Shown here piece after piece: positions 46,604 through 58,541 of a stretch of DNA of 64,000 nucleotides. Source of the DNA: Macrostomum lignano (taxonomy: Eukaryota). How positions within the stretch are numbered: the stretch's first letter is position 1; every line of letters starts with the position of its first letter. The position numbers and the translations under genes were made by a program. The DNA lies in contig NIVC01003425.1 in assembly GCA_002269645.1 (NCBI GenBank), positions 91,208 to 155,207 of the forward strand, given 5' to 3'. The notes below the pieces were generated by a model that saw nothing but the letters and a program-made list of their open reading frames with translations, was not told where the DNA came from and searched no databases.

Positions 46604-49600
46604 TTAATCATCACTGTCCCAGTCGTTGGCCAGGATGCGAAGGTCGCCGCGAATGTAGTCGCGGTACAGGTCGTAGGGCACCGGCTTTCCAGGAAAGTCG
46701 TCAAACTCGACTAGGAAGCGCTGGTCGAGGACGTCGCGGCTCAATCCTGGCGTTGGCACCTGCCGGATGATGTAGCCAGCGTTCCATTCTTCATAGTCCG
46801 CTACGTCGGAGTCTTCGTCGACGTACGCGAAGAGCATTTCAATGCGGAGACCGGCATAGAGACGCGGCAGGCCTGATTGCGTGCTGTCTGGCTGGGCATC
46901 CGCGCTGGCCTCATCACTGGAGACCGTAGCTGAAGGCCGGGCGCCGCGACCACGCCCTCGGCCTCGGCCTCCTTCACGCTGGTGTCCTTTGCCACGGCCA
47001 CGTCCTCTACCGCGCTGCACACTGGCATTGGGGGCTTGGCCTTCTTCACTGTGGAGGCAGCAGGTGGCCCGCTCGCTTTGGACAAAATGGCCTGGACGGC
47101 GGATTTGACACGTTCCTCGCGAACTTCGGATGCCAGGGTCGAGCCGGAATGTGGCGTGGCTGACTGCTGTGCTGCCTCCGTCTGCTGTGCCAGAATTTCC
47201 AGAACTTCTTCCAGATTCTGGTGCAGCTGGGCCAAAGAAAAGCGCACGCCACGAGCCGAGAAGTTAAGCAGATGGCTCTTATCCTTCGGCAGGACCATCT
47301 CTGTGATAAATGAAGTAATATTTTTGTAAATGTACACTTTTTCCACTTATATCAGACTTTTCTTTGACAAGTTACATAAAGTTACGAGCTTTTTTGGCAT
47401 TTGTAAATTGTTATGTCACTGTTTTGAATAAGAAAGGTAACGCAGCTTGCTCAGACTTACTGGTACACTTGTGGAGCCGCAGTTGCGCCTTTATTGCAGT
47501 TTCCTGTTCGGCAGGCTGCAGCGATGCCAGATTACTGGCCATACCCTCTGCGGTGCGCCACATGCCTCCGTATGACTCGACGCCACTGATGGTGTTGCGC
47601 AGGTTGGCCGCACGCTGCTGCTTTTTGCGCTGCCTCTCATCGAGCTTGCGCCGCATGAGCTCCTGGCGTCGCTCACGATTCAGGGTTGCCAATCTGGCTG
47701 CCCGACTCTCCATCAGCGGCGCAAGGGCCCGGGCCCGGGTCAAGATGAGGTCCTTCTCGCCCTCGGACTTTTCCCGGAGCCAGTCGGCGGTGCGATTCTG
47801 GCCGAACAGGACGGTGGACTCCCTGGCCAGAAGCCTCATGTGCGGCTTGCCCTGGACTGAGTAGTCTAGTGCCGCAAACATTCGCTCCCCGGCGACGTTG
47901 TCCTTCGGTGCCTGTGCAGCCGCGGCTGAGTCCTCAGTGGAGAGGCTACGTAGGCGGCCGCCGTCAAGGTGGTCTGCCACTTCTCTCTGAAGCAGCACCA
48001 ACATGTGGGCGCAGATGACCTGGTGTAGAAGAGAATGAAAAATAGTAGTGGAATTTTTTTCAAACAATTTCATTTATCACTGACACATAACTATTGATGT
48101 TTTTGTCTGCTTCTGTTCATAGTCCTAGCTTTTTTAACTAACCTGAAGGGCTTGGCCGACAAGGCTGTTCTCCTCCAGGGACGCCTCCGCAGTCGTCAGC
48201 GCCTCCCAGGAGGTCTGCGCGTCAGCATCCCGCAGTACGGAGTGCGCCAGCTCGGGGAACGGGCCCTGCAGCTCAACCGATGGGGCGACACTGTCGGCCG
48301 AGGCGACGCTCTGCAGCCAACGATGGGCAGTCTCATAGTGCCGATTCATATCGATCAGCGTGACGCCTGAGTCGCGCAGCAGCGTCCACAGAGGCCGGAT
48401 GAGCAGCAGGTCGAGTAACCCAAGGGCACGACAGCCAGCCAGCAGCACTCCGGAGGCGAGGTCAGCTTCCACCGCAAGCAGCAGGCGGTTCTTACCCTCC
48501 GACGCGGACAGAAAGGCCGATAGCACGTCCTTCTGCCGGTAGAGAAAGCCGCCATTGGGGAAAATCACATAAAGGCGATTCCCTCTGAAGTCCTCCATTC
48601 GGAAGGCCGGCTTATCGTGAATCGCCAAGTAGGACTCCAGCGATGTAAAGACACCGCATTGCTCACTGCCTAGGTGATGAAAGGCCTTGCAAACAGTGCG
48701 GATCAGCCGCTGGGCGCCAGACTCTGCCTTTGACGGGTAAAAACCTGCACACGCAGCAGCGCCAAGGGGCCCCAACGAGGCGCACTTCTCGAAATCGAGC
48801 AGCGCCTTGTCTGCAACACCAGCCAAATTCACAATGACGTGCATGCCGCAGAAGAGGGCCACCATGCGAGGAGGCGCCGGCGCTCCCTGCCGATCGGCTA
48901 GCTGGGAGCGCATGTCGTTGAGCAGAAGCTGTTTTAATGTTCATTTTTGTACGAAAAAATGTAACAACCGTATTACTTATTATTATTATTGTGTTTCAGT
49001 TTACGTTTACTGCCGGCTTGGTTTAAATTACTAGTTATATTACTTAAAAGTTAACAAAAATAGGTGTTATAATATTAATAAGTACTAAGTAGTACTAGTA
49101 GGGCATTATTATTAATTAAGCAATTAAGTCCGAGGCCAAACGGCAAAAGGGTGTACAAACGTGAAGGCTTTTGTTGACAACGTGCCGGTCCGTCATCAGA
49201 AACTTCAGGGTCATCACCACGTTGCTCTTCATTTCCTGGCGCTCCTCGTCGCTGCGATCTCCAAGCGTGAGGGCGCAGTAGTTGTACACCAGATCGTCCA
49301 TGCTGGCGTCGAACTCGCGGAAATACACTTCCGCAGTGCCGCCCTCCACCTCACGCAGCGACAGGCAGACGGTGCGGTTGGCGCCCAAGCCAGTGTCAAT
49401 CTGCAAATTAGTGATTGTAATGTATTGTAAATTTAAGAATTACGTATGCATTTTTTAGCAGCAAACATTCCAACTTTTTTACTGCTTTTTGCTTTTAATA
49501 CTATTGTTGTTACACTTAAACACAGCTGTTGTAATGTGTTAAACGGGTTGGGTGGTATGGGTTCTTTTTCAGGCTCACCTGGTACTCGGCATAATGACGA

Positions 49601-50995
49601 CCCTTCTTGGAGGTGCCATCAGTCATCAGCGTCAGCGGGCGATTCGCCAATGAGGCTGCCAGGACGCTGTCCAGGCCACTGGCTTTTGCCAGGCAATTGC
49701 CCACGCTGAATGCTGTGGAAGCCACCAGTGATTTTGACGGAAGCGGCAAGACAGTGGGGCTCGCATCGAACGACGTCAGCCCAGACAGGACACACCGGAT
49801 GCAGGGCGAGACATATCGAACCGGGACGTGGCAGTCCAGGACGAGATTGACGCATGTCTCGATGACCTGGTCGGAAACAGGGTCGTAAAATTGAAACTAA
49901 AAGTTAAAATATTTCAATTAAAACATGATAATTGTCTTGTTTGTCATTGCCATGCTCGCCAATTGTCACGTTTTTTCTTCTATACAGTACAGTTTATAAA
50001 TTATAGATACAAAAACCACCCAGTTTACAGACTAAATGAAAGGAAACAAACCTAAATGAAATTAAGCAAAACAGAGTAAGGCTGTCTTACCCGATTCGTG
50101 AACTGCATGCCACCTTGAGAAGGCCGCTTCTCCATTGTCGCCAGCCCTCTGCCCTGCGCAGCCTCTTCCAGCAACTCGGATGCCTGGTCCAGGCTGCTGT
50201 GCAGCTCGTGAATGTGGCTGCGCAGTTCGCCGACCTGCTTCTTGCTCTTCTGCAGGCCGGCATTGTTGCCGTTGAGCTGCTGTAGGCGGCTGCGCAGTGT
50301 CCTATTCGCCTCTTTTAAGCGCAATATTGTGCGCTTCTGCTGCAGGGCTGCGTCATGGGCCTTGTCCAGACGGTCATGAAGCCGGCGCAGCTGATGGGAA
50401 ACCACCTTTCGAGGGAGTCGTCTGGCAAGACGGCGCTCCAGCCTCTGCTGCTCCTGCTGCTTTTCCAGCAGCTGGGCACGAAGCTCATCGATGATTTCCT
50501 TCAGAGCTGCCTCCACGCCCAACTGTTCGTCTATGGACATGCCCGACACAGCAGACGTAGCACTAGCAGCAGCAGCAGCACCGCGTCCAGGTGTGGCAGC
50601 AGCCTGAGCATCGTCAGTATTGTTGGCATCGCTGTCATCACTCTGCTGCTGCTCACCACCAGTGATATCACGCTTAGGCGTCACGGACAGCTGCTGTAGC
50701 TCCTGCAGCAGAACGTTCGGTACATCCAGGTCACCCTTGACGTAATTTTCGTACGACGAGGGCTTCCCAGCAGCCACCTCCTCATAGTGGCGCCGACGCA
50801 GGACCACAGCATTGCCCCTCTCACGTTCGACCTTGCGCAGAAGGGCCTCCTTCGAACGCAAGCTGACAGCTGTGGGGGAAGGCCCATGGCACGCAGGAGG
50901 CGGGTCGCTCGACTGGCGCCATTCTCGCCCTTGGCCTTGGCTTTATCGACAAATTTGATGGCTCTCTCAATGGAGATGGGGATCAGGCGATCCAT
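46604..50995 (-). CDS. RNase H-fold DDE transposase with CxxH motif, N-terminal coiled coil and C-terminal Spindlin-type Tudor domain (6 exons, 2 apparent frameshifts)
   Basis: Exons 50995-50091, 49866-49579, 49400-49161, 48928-48143, 48019-47461, 47300-46604, phases consistent. Motifs MTDGTSKKG, LMTDRHVVN, FCGMH, GERMFAALD. Frameshifts in C/G runs near 50880 and 47030. Confidence 0.75.
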
Positions 50996-51555
50996 TGGAC
51001 TTGGACAAGTGGGAGTGGGGTCAAGGACACGAGGACACTAAACTAAATAAAACAGTTCAGTTGACAATAAATCTGGCAATTGTAGAAAAGCAATTGTAGC
51101 TTTTGTATCTTCACTACTTCAGTAGCTGGAATGCAGTAAAAAGAGCAGGGGTCAGAAAGGTAAATAATAATTATAATATGTAATTATAAATGGACTAAAA
51201 TGACTAACCAGTTTGACTTTCACTGTCTCAGTTACAAGTACAAGATAGTATGAACCCTAGGCCTAGCCTGGCATAGGCCAGCCAGGACTATATATATAGC
51301 TATGAGACTGTATAACTATATGTTATAGTATAAGTATAATATAATTAACATATATTATACATATAATTATATATAATGAATAATTGTTTCAACTTAACTT
51401 CTTGAGAGTTGACTAAAGTCCCCTGAGCCTAAATGACTATGTATGATATGACTATGAGTCTTGCACGAGTTATGACCATGCCTGAAGCCTGAGCCTAAAT
51501 CTAGTAAATGATCTTTAACTTGTTTACTTTTAAGGTTAACTTAAATTTAAAATTA

Positions 51556-53309
51556 CGAGGGATGTTCCATAAGTACTTATACTTTTGCATGCTGCTCAGG
51601 AACTACGCAACCAATCATTGTAAGTTTTATGTCGCTGGAAAGCGGCTTTACTCATCTTTAATCTGTCGCCAAAATCATTTCGTTCTGTCAACTATGTCAA
51701 AAGTTACAACAAAAAACGTAGTCAAAGGTCACCCATAGACTTACAAGAAATTTAAAGAGCAACAACTACAATGGCAAGCATCAAAACAGAGGCGCGTTGT
51801 TGATGACAGAAAGTTTGACTTCTTTGTCACTCATCCTCAGTCGGTACCGACACCTTCTCAACGTAGTTTCCACCGGAGTTGATGCACTTGGTCCACCTGT
51901 TAAACATGCTTTTGATGGCTTCTGCGTACAGCTGTCGGGGGATGACATACAGCAGAATTCTGCGGACTTCCTCCTCGATCTGGTTCCTGGTCTCGTACAC
52001 GCGTCCTTTCAGATGGCGCTTCAACTCTGGAAATAAAGCAAAGTCTGCTGGTGCCAGGTCTGGAGAGTAAGGAGGGTGAGGTAGAAGATGGAGCTTCAGC
52101 TTGCTGATTGCCTCGACTGTCTTTTGTGCTGTATGAGGCCTTGCATTGTCATGATGAAGAATGAAAGGTCTGGGATTTTCACGACGCTTGTTCTGGATGT
52201 CATGATGCAGCTTTGTTAGCGTTTCAACGTAGCGCTCAGAGTTTATTGTAGTGTTTGGCTCCAAAAACTCGACAGTTAGAGGACCATTGCAGTCGAAAAA
52301 CAGAGACAGCATGATCTTCTTTCCATGTGCGTCCCTTTGAGCTTTTACCGGAGGATCAGAGCCCTTCAGCATCCAGACCTGGGAATCACGTTTCGTTGGT
52401 GGATCAAAATGGGGAATCCAGGTTTCATCTCCAGTGACTATCATTCGATGGAAGAGATCCCAACCACCGTATTCTTCCATCATCCGAATATTGGCCTGAC
52501 AAATCTGCTGCCTCTGCAGTCTCAAGTCCGAGGTGAGTAGGCGTGGCACCCAACGAGCAGTCAGCTTGACAAAGTCCATGCGCGACAAGCAGCGATGCAC
52601 AGTTGTGCTCGGCGTGTCCAGTCTATCTGCAATCTGTCGAATCGTTAGCCGACAATCTTCGTCCAGCAGATCAAGAATTCGATCGGTGAGAGCATCAGAG
52701 CCTGATGTGCAGGGGCGGCCCGACCTCGGCAAATCAGCAACATTGGTCCTTCCTGCTTCGAACTGCTCAACCCAGTTGTAGACGGTCATCCTGCTCACCG
52801 CATTAGCTCCATGAATGTTGCATAAATCCGCATAAATCTCTGATCGCTTTTTTCCGAGTTTCCAGAGGGTAAAAATTGCAGCGCGCTGTCCTTCCCTTGA
52901 GTTCACATCCATGGTGATGCAGCAGCAGCCAAGGTGGTGAAACTTTACAAGATTAAGATGCTGTGATCTTAAGATTAAGATGCTGTGAAAGCTTAGGCCA
53001 GTATTTTCCATAGACGAAAAGGGTGTGGCATTCGCTTATGAAGCAAAAAAGAATGCATTATGTAGAATCCGAAATAACTCTGCGTGCTGAACTTTGAAGT
53101 TTTGATTTTGAAAATTTCTTGTAAGTCTATGGGTGACCTTTGACTACGTTTTTTGTTGTAACTTTTGACATAGTTGACAGAACGAAATGATTTTGGCGAC
53201 AGATTAAAGATGAGTAAAGCCGCTTTCTAGCGACATAAAACTTACAATGATTGGTTGCGTAGTTCCTGAGCAGCATGCAAAAGTATAAGTACTTATGGAA
53301 CATCCCTCG
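51556..53309 (-). mobile_element. Mariner element with 198-bp TIRs
   Basis: TA TSD (51554-51555 / 53310-53311); TIRs 51556-51753 and 53112-53309 beginning CGAGGGATG, one visible mismatch. Confidence 0.95.
51827..52912 (-). CDS. Mariner DD34D transposase, ~361 aa, intact
   Basis: WVPRLL, IVTGDETW, HHDNARPH, then 34 residues to the D of YSPDLAPAD. Likely start MDVNSREG at 52912. Confidence 0.95.
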   Translation of the reverse strand: MDVNSREGQRAAIFTLWKLGKKRSEIYADLCNIHGANAVSRMTVYNWVEQFEAGRTNVADLPRSGRPCTSGSDALTDRILDLLDEDCRLTIRQIADRLDTPSTTVHRCLSRMDFVKLTARWVPRLLTSDLRLQRQQICQANIRMMEEYGGWDLFHRMIVTGDETWIPHFDPPTKRDSQVWMLKGSDPPVKAQRDAHGKKIMLSLFFDCNGPLTVEFLEPNTTINSERYVETLTKLHHDIQNKRRENPRPFILHHDNARPHTAQKTVEAISKLKLHLLPHPPYSPDLAPADFALFPELKRHLKGRVYETRNQIEEEVRRILLYVIPRQLYAEAIKSMFNRWTKCINSGGNYVEKVSVPTEDE

Positions 53310-55055
53310 TAGTATACACTTTTGCAAAATAATTGTGTCTTGTGAACTGATGGACAAAATCAAACAGAAAATGTGCTGCAGATATGCCAAAAAGCTAAAA
53401 AACAGTGATAAAAAGGCAACAAAAAAGTAGAAAATGTTTTCTATAACCTACATATAAAGAAAGAAGGTACACACAGTTGTAGAAACAACTGTTTGTCATA
53501 TAAATGTAAAGTTTCACTGCTGAAACCAAGATATTTTTCAACTTGTAGACAAAAAAGTTCTAAAAACTTGCCCGGATGAGCCAAAAAGCTAAAATAAGTG
53601 ACAAAAATAGAGATAAAAAGTTTTTAAAAAATGTTCCACCCTAAATAGAAACTCCAAAATTTATCTATGAGTACAAACCACTGTTTACCTTTAATTTGCA
53701 AAGTCTCACTACAAAAGGCAGGATAGTTTCTAACTTACTGACAAAAGAATTAAAAAATCATGCTCCGGCATATGCCATTTTTTTCAACTTTTGTAACAAC
53801 ATGTAAGCATATTTTTCATATCCAACCATGTAATGACAGAAAAAGCATGGCAAAAGAAGCAAAACAAGTAGATCTTTGAAATAAGACCAAAAGTAGCAAA
53901 TTTGGACAAAAAATGACTATTTTACACTCTACTAAAGTACCTTTTTTCAAAACTGATATCAAAAAGGGAACAAGCCCATAGTGTAATTTTTATATCTAAA
54001 AAAACGCAAATTTTGAATCTTTAAATAGCCATAACTTTTTTATCACTTGACCAATCTTAACAATCTTGGCCATTTTGGAAATCACTCAAGACCCTCTATC
54101 ATGCTAGACAAGAAAAAATAGGATACCATAAACTTTAGAAAACTCACTGGACAGCCTATTATTTTTGCGCATAAGTTCATACGATATTTTTTTAACTTTG
54201 TCATTGTCAAAATGTTTTTTTTCTGCAGGCGCAACATACCGAACGTTTTATCTCTAATTTTACTTTTCAGTAACTAGCCGATCACCGTAACTATTCAGAA
54301 GTTCCAGTGCAACTTTGTAAGCAGCAAGAATTGCTAATTAATGGCATCTTGGTAACTGCAAATATTAATGTATACAATAAATATGCTTGATTATAAAAAT
54401 TATATTAATTAATTTCCATTCAAATTTCCAATTTTTTATTGAGCAGATCAACCTCTCAGCCCAGGTCAATCTAGATTTTTTCAAGACAATTTACTGGCAG
54501 AATATCGATAATTTTTTATCTTTAACCAATTCTTTTCTCTCACTTTCCAGATTTCTGTCCAATCAGTGCACCAACTTTTGGAGTGACATCAATTAAATTG
54601 GATTTTCAGGATTTTTAAAGAAATTTTCTGGTTTAACAAATATTTAATTTTAAAATTGATCATGGTTTATATGTAAATGTGGATCTCTATAAATATAAAT
54701 TAATTAAAGTACATAGAACTTTGCAATTGATCTGTTTTTTTAAATGTAATGTTGCACCTCGACAATTGAAAAAGGAATTTTGACAGTGACAGCCAGTCTA
54801 AATGTAATAAACTAAAGTTAACAAATTTCATCTAGACAAGTGGCTCCAAGCATCATAGTCATTAGAATTAGCAATTACAAGACATTGTATTTTTAATAAT
54901 TGTCACTTGACTCATTTCAAAAGGTTAACAATTTTTGCCAAGTTTTGCTGCTGATGAAATTCCATCATTGTCCATGCAGTATGGACTCAGAATTAAATTA
55001 GGCAGTCTCGCATTGCACGTATCAGTATTGTAGCTAGATCAAAAAATGGATAGAT

Positions 55056-57236
55056 CTAACAAAGGCCACAAGAGAAGTGTTCGTCATCTTCTACTTGGAC
55101 CACAATCCCAACACAACTGTTGTGATACCAACGGAAACAGTCACAGCACTCTGTCCAGTCCATATCATCTGAATCAGTGCAGTTGGGATGGGCGCATACA
55201 TTGTGCCGCCGTCGCTGTCCCCTGCCACGCTTCTGCTGGATAATAGGTTGCCACAGCTTGGAATTGTAGCAAGGGCAATAAGGTTCAACAGCAACTGCAC
55301 AGCAACATGAAAGCATGCGATAAACAATGCCTGAATTCGTGCGGACTACCTCATGGGTGCTGCGAATGCCAGGGATATCAGCAACAGGTGCAGAGTTTAG
55401 ATGGTGAGCCAAGGTATCAATAGAGTCCTTGTCCACAAAAAACAACTCCACAGCCATGCCATTACCCTCTTTGACAGCATTCACCACATCCTCTGGAGTT
55501 AGTACATCTTTGCCCGTAGCAACTTTCAGGTCGCATTTACGCTTAATAGCCCCACCAACTCCATCAGCAGCTCCCTTGCCATGACCAGCCTCAGTATACA
55601 CCCAATGCCAGTTCTCGATGCCCTGCTCCCGCAACACCTCATTAATGAGGGAAATAGTAAATTTATTGCGGTACTGAGCAGTAGGAGAGTCCGACACCAG
55701 AATCACTTTTGTGATATGGTTGGTCTCCTTGAAAAAACTGAGCACAGGCAGAAGGTGTGCAGCAATAGCAGCTGCAGTTTTGCGGCCATCTGATGACAAA
55801 GATGCAAAAGAGCGACCTTTGGTATCACCATAGAGGTAGGCAACACCCTGGTGGATTGTCACCTCTGGTCTGTATCCATAATGGGCAGACTGAATTTCAG
55901 AGCCATACTTGCCAGAGTAATTTTCAGAGAAGTCAACATGAAGCAAAATATGATTGGGCTCCAATGTTTCCTTCAATTTTTTTATGGCATTGAACTGGTG
56001 AGTAAACCGGCAATAATGCCCAGCATAATTACTCAGCCAGTTCTCAAATGTGTCTGCTGCCTCCTTAAAGTCAGTGACAACAGGTACACACTGTACTGAC
56101 TTAAACCAGCCAGTGCTCACCATTTTCTAGGTATAATAGGTAACTGGTGTTTCGATCATTGTGCTACTAAGAGTAGACTTATGCCTACACCCTTCACACT
56201 CACGCAGGAGGCACTTTTCTTTTGGCCTGAAGTGCTCAGAATGCTCAGAGCAGACAATTTTTGCAAGTAGCTCATTCTTCTCACTTGAAGCCACTGCTTT
56301 GAGCTTATGAAGCTCAGCAACCAGTAGATCTAGATTTGTACAGGTGTTATACAAACACTGCCGACGATCAGAAAGCCTGGGTTTGCGAACAAATAGTGGT
56401 TTCCAGAGATAAAAAGATGATTTACTCACCTTCACCTCAGGGTTCTCATCCCGGAACTTCTGATACAAAAGAGGCATGCTGCTGTTTAAATATCGCTTTT
56501 GGTGTTTCACACCTTTTACTGTCACAGTCTCCTTTCTCCCAGCAGTCATTCAAGAGTTCGAATCGGATAGGAAAAAATGATTAACTACATGACGGGCAGG
56601 GTGACTACGATGGCACTTTGCATCCTCTCGAAGGACCTTGTGAGTGCACTTTAGGCGTCGCAGCACAGCTGCCTTCAGCATTCCTGAACCTCTGCAAATA
56701 GACTTTACTAATGGGCACATTTCTTTTTTACGCTTGCATGCTACAAGCAACTGCACAATATGCTCATCCTCTGAACTCTTGGCCTTGCCAGCCTTCTCCA
56801 TAGCTTCAAGTTGTTTGATTTTTTTGGTGAGAGACTGGACTTTATTTTGCATGGCCTTAATCTCCACAGACTTCTCTACTAGGCTCTGCTTAAGCTGAGA
56901 ATTTTGATTCTTCAGCTTGGCTCTTTCACGGCGACAAGCACTTTTAGCTCGCTTCTCTGATGGCTTGCTAGTAGAAAGAGTTGACGGTGCTGCAATAGTT
57001 AAGGCATCATCTACTCGCTCCTTACGCAACCTCTGTATACGCTCGCGTGTTCTCTGGCATTCTGAGGCTTTCTCCGCCTCAGAAAGCAACTTTTGTCGCT
57101 TCTGGTATTGGCGTCGGTTCGACTCGCTAATCTTGCGACGATAGGACTCAAGGTCCTCTGCCTTTGCGTTGACCCGGGACTTGTTTTCAGATGCCAGATT
57201 TGCAACCATCTGCTTCGACTTGCTCTTGTATGGCAT
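55056..57236 (-). pseudogene. Sola2-type transposase with C-terminal PHD finger; two in-frame nonsense codons
   Basis: Three track ORFs share one frame, separated by TGA (56550-56552, expected R in NSR) and TAG (56127-56129, expected W). Motifs HVDFSENY, EIQSAHY, SDSPTAQYRN, GHGKGAADGVGG; PHD C..C...WTECCDCFRWYHNSC...CGLC. Confidence 0.8.
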
Positions 57237-58541
57237 GAAGACAGGATAGAAAGTAAAATGAGTTTTTTATCTAAAATTTTTGTTGTTGTTAGTAAAAATG
57301 GTTAGTCTTTAGTGCAAGTGCAAGTTAAAAGTGCAAGTGTAAGTAGAACTGCCTGACTAAAAGTGGAAAGCAATGTTTAATGTGATAATGCTAGATAAGT
57401 CTGACAGATAGTATATAAAAAGTATATATTCTTAGCTACTATGCCTTCAATGGCTAAAAAAGAAGTACATTTTCAAAGTATAATCCTCATTAATCATTGC
57501 ATTATGCTTCCACAATCTAGAGAAAGTTTTTATAAAGCAATATTACAAGTAAATGTGGGGAAAATTAATTAATACTATATAAATTACTATCTATGTACAT
57601 ACTATACTGCAAAATGTAAATTACATTTTTATTGATACATAAACAAGAAATTAATGTGAAACTGTTTTATTTTCCAGCTTTTATACTTAATGATAGTCTT
57701 GTAAGACTGAATTTGAGAAAAAAACTAGCAAAAAAAATAATAAAGGGTACAACATGAAAATACATCTCATGTAAGTAGTGTGCTTACTACATTTAAATGT
57801 TAATATTTAAGGTATTTTGACAGATTAAGGTTCAGCAGACCACTTTTTGTGAAGCTCTGTATGTCAGCAATCCATAAATATATTGTTTTCAGCTAATGAA
57901 AAGCACTAAAAAAATTATTGGGTACAACATGAGTACAATCTTGTGGTTAAGATGTCACATCGAAAAAAAATTAATGTCTTAGAAAAATGTATTAAGCAAA
58001 TTCTATTGCTAAAAATATACTGATATATCATCGCAAAGATGTTTTCCTTCATTTAAGCTAAAAAACGTGTAGATTGAAAGCCTTATGAGTAAATGAGAGG
58101 GTACAACATGAGTACAAATGATCCAAAAACTTACCATTTATAATTTTTGGTATAGCAAGAAAACTGACAAAAATCAATGACTTCTTGCAGGTGTTGTGAC
58201 GAAAAGGAATGATTTTAACAAAGTTTAATGTGTTTTTTTCATGAAACAAAGAGAATTACTATAAAGAATGTTTTCTTCGCTTTTTTATTCAATGTTAAAG
58301 TTAAAAATTGTGTGTTTGGACATCCAAAAAAGTGGCGTCTAAGTAAGTTTAAAAAGGTTTTTTCAACATTAATTTTGCCGATTAACAATCTAATATAGCT
58401 TTAAACTAAGCAAAAGTGGTTGTATTTTTCAGTTTAAGTCCTTGTTTGACTTCAATTAGCTGGCTTAAGCTACAATTCATCATTTTCTGTTTGTTGAAGT
58501 GTAATTTTCCGATAGTGCCTAATTGGCGGAAATGCCCAATT

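Larger units (their letters stand above)
45114..54158 (-). mobile_element. Near-full-length hAT-like element with 7-bp TSD (element 2; possibly hATw-like)
   Basis: Ends TAGACTGTCCAGTGAG / CTCACTGGACAGCCTA; TSD TTATTTT (45107-45113 / 54159-54165). Contains the six-exon transposase and the nested mariner. Confidence 0.8.
41792..58537 (-). mobile_element. Sola2-type DNA transposon (~4.7 kb) expanded to 16.7 kb by nested insertions
   Basis: TIR GGGCATTTCCGCCAA(a/t)TAGG at both ends; 4-bp TSD AATT (41788-41791 / 58538-58541). The joined flanks match an uninterrupted site at ~59810-59850. Superfamily assigned from remembered motifs. Confidence 0.75.
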
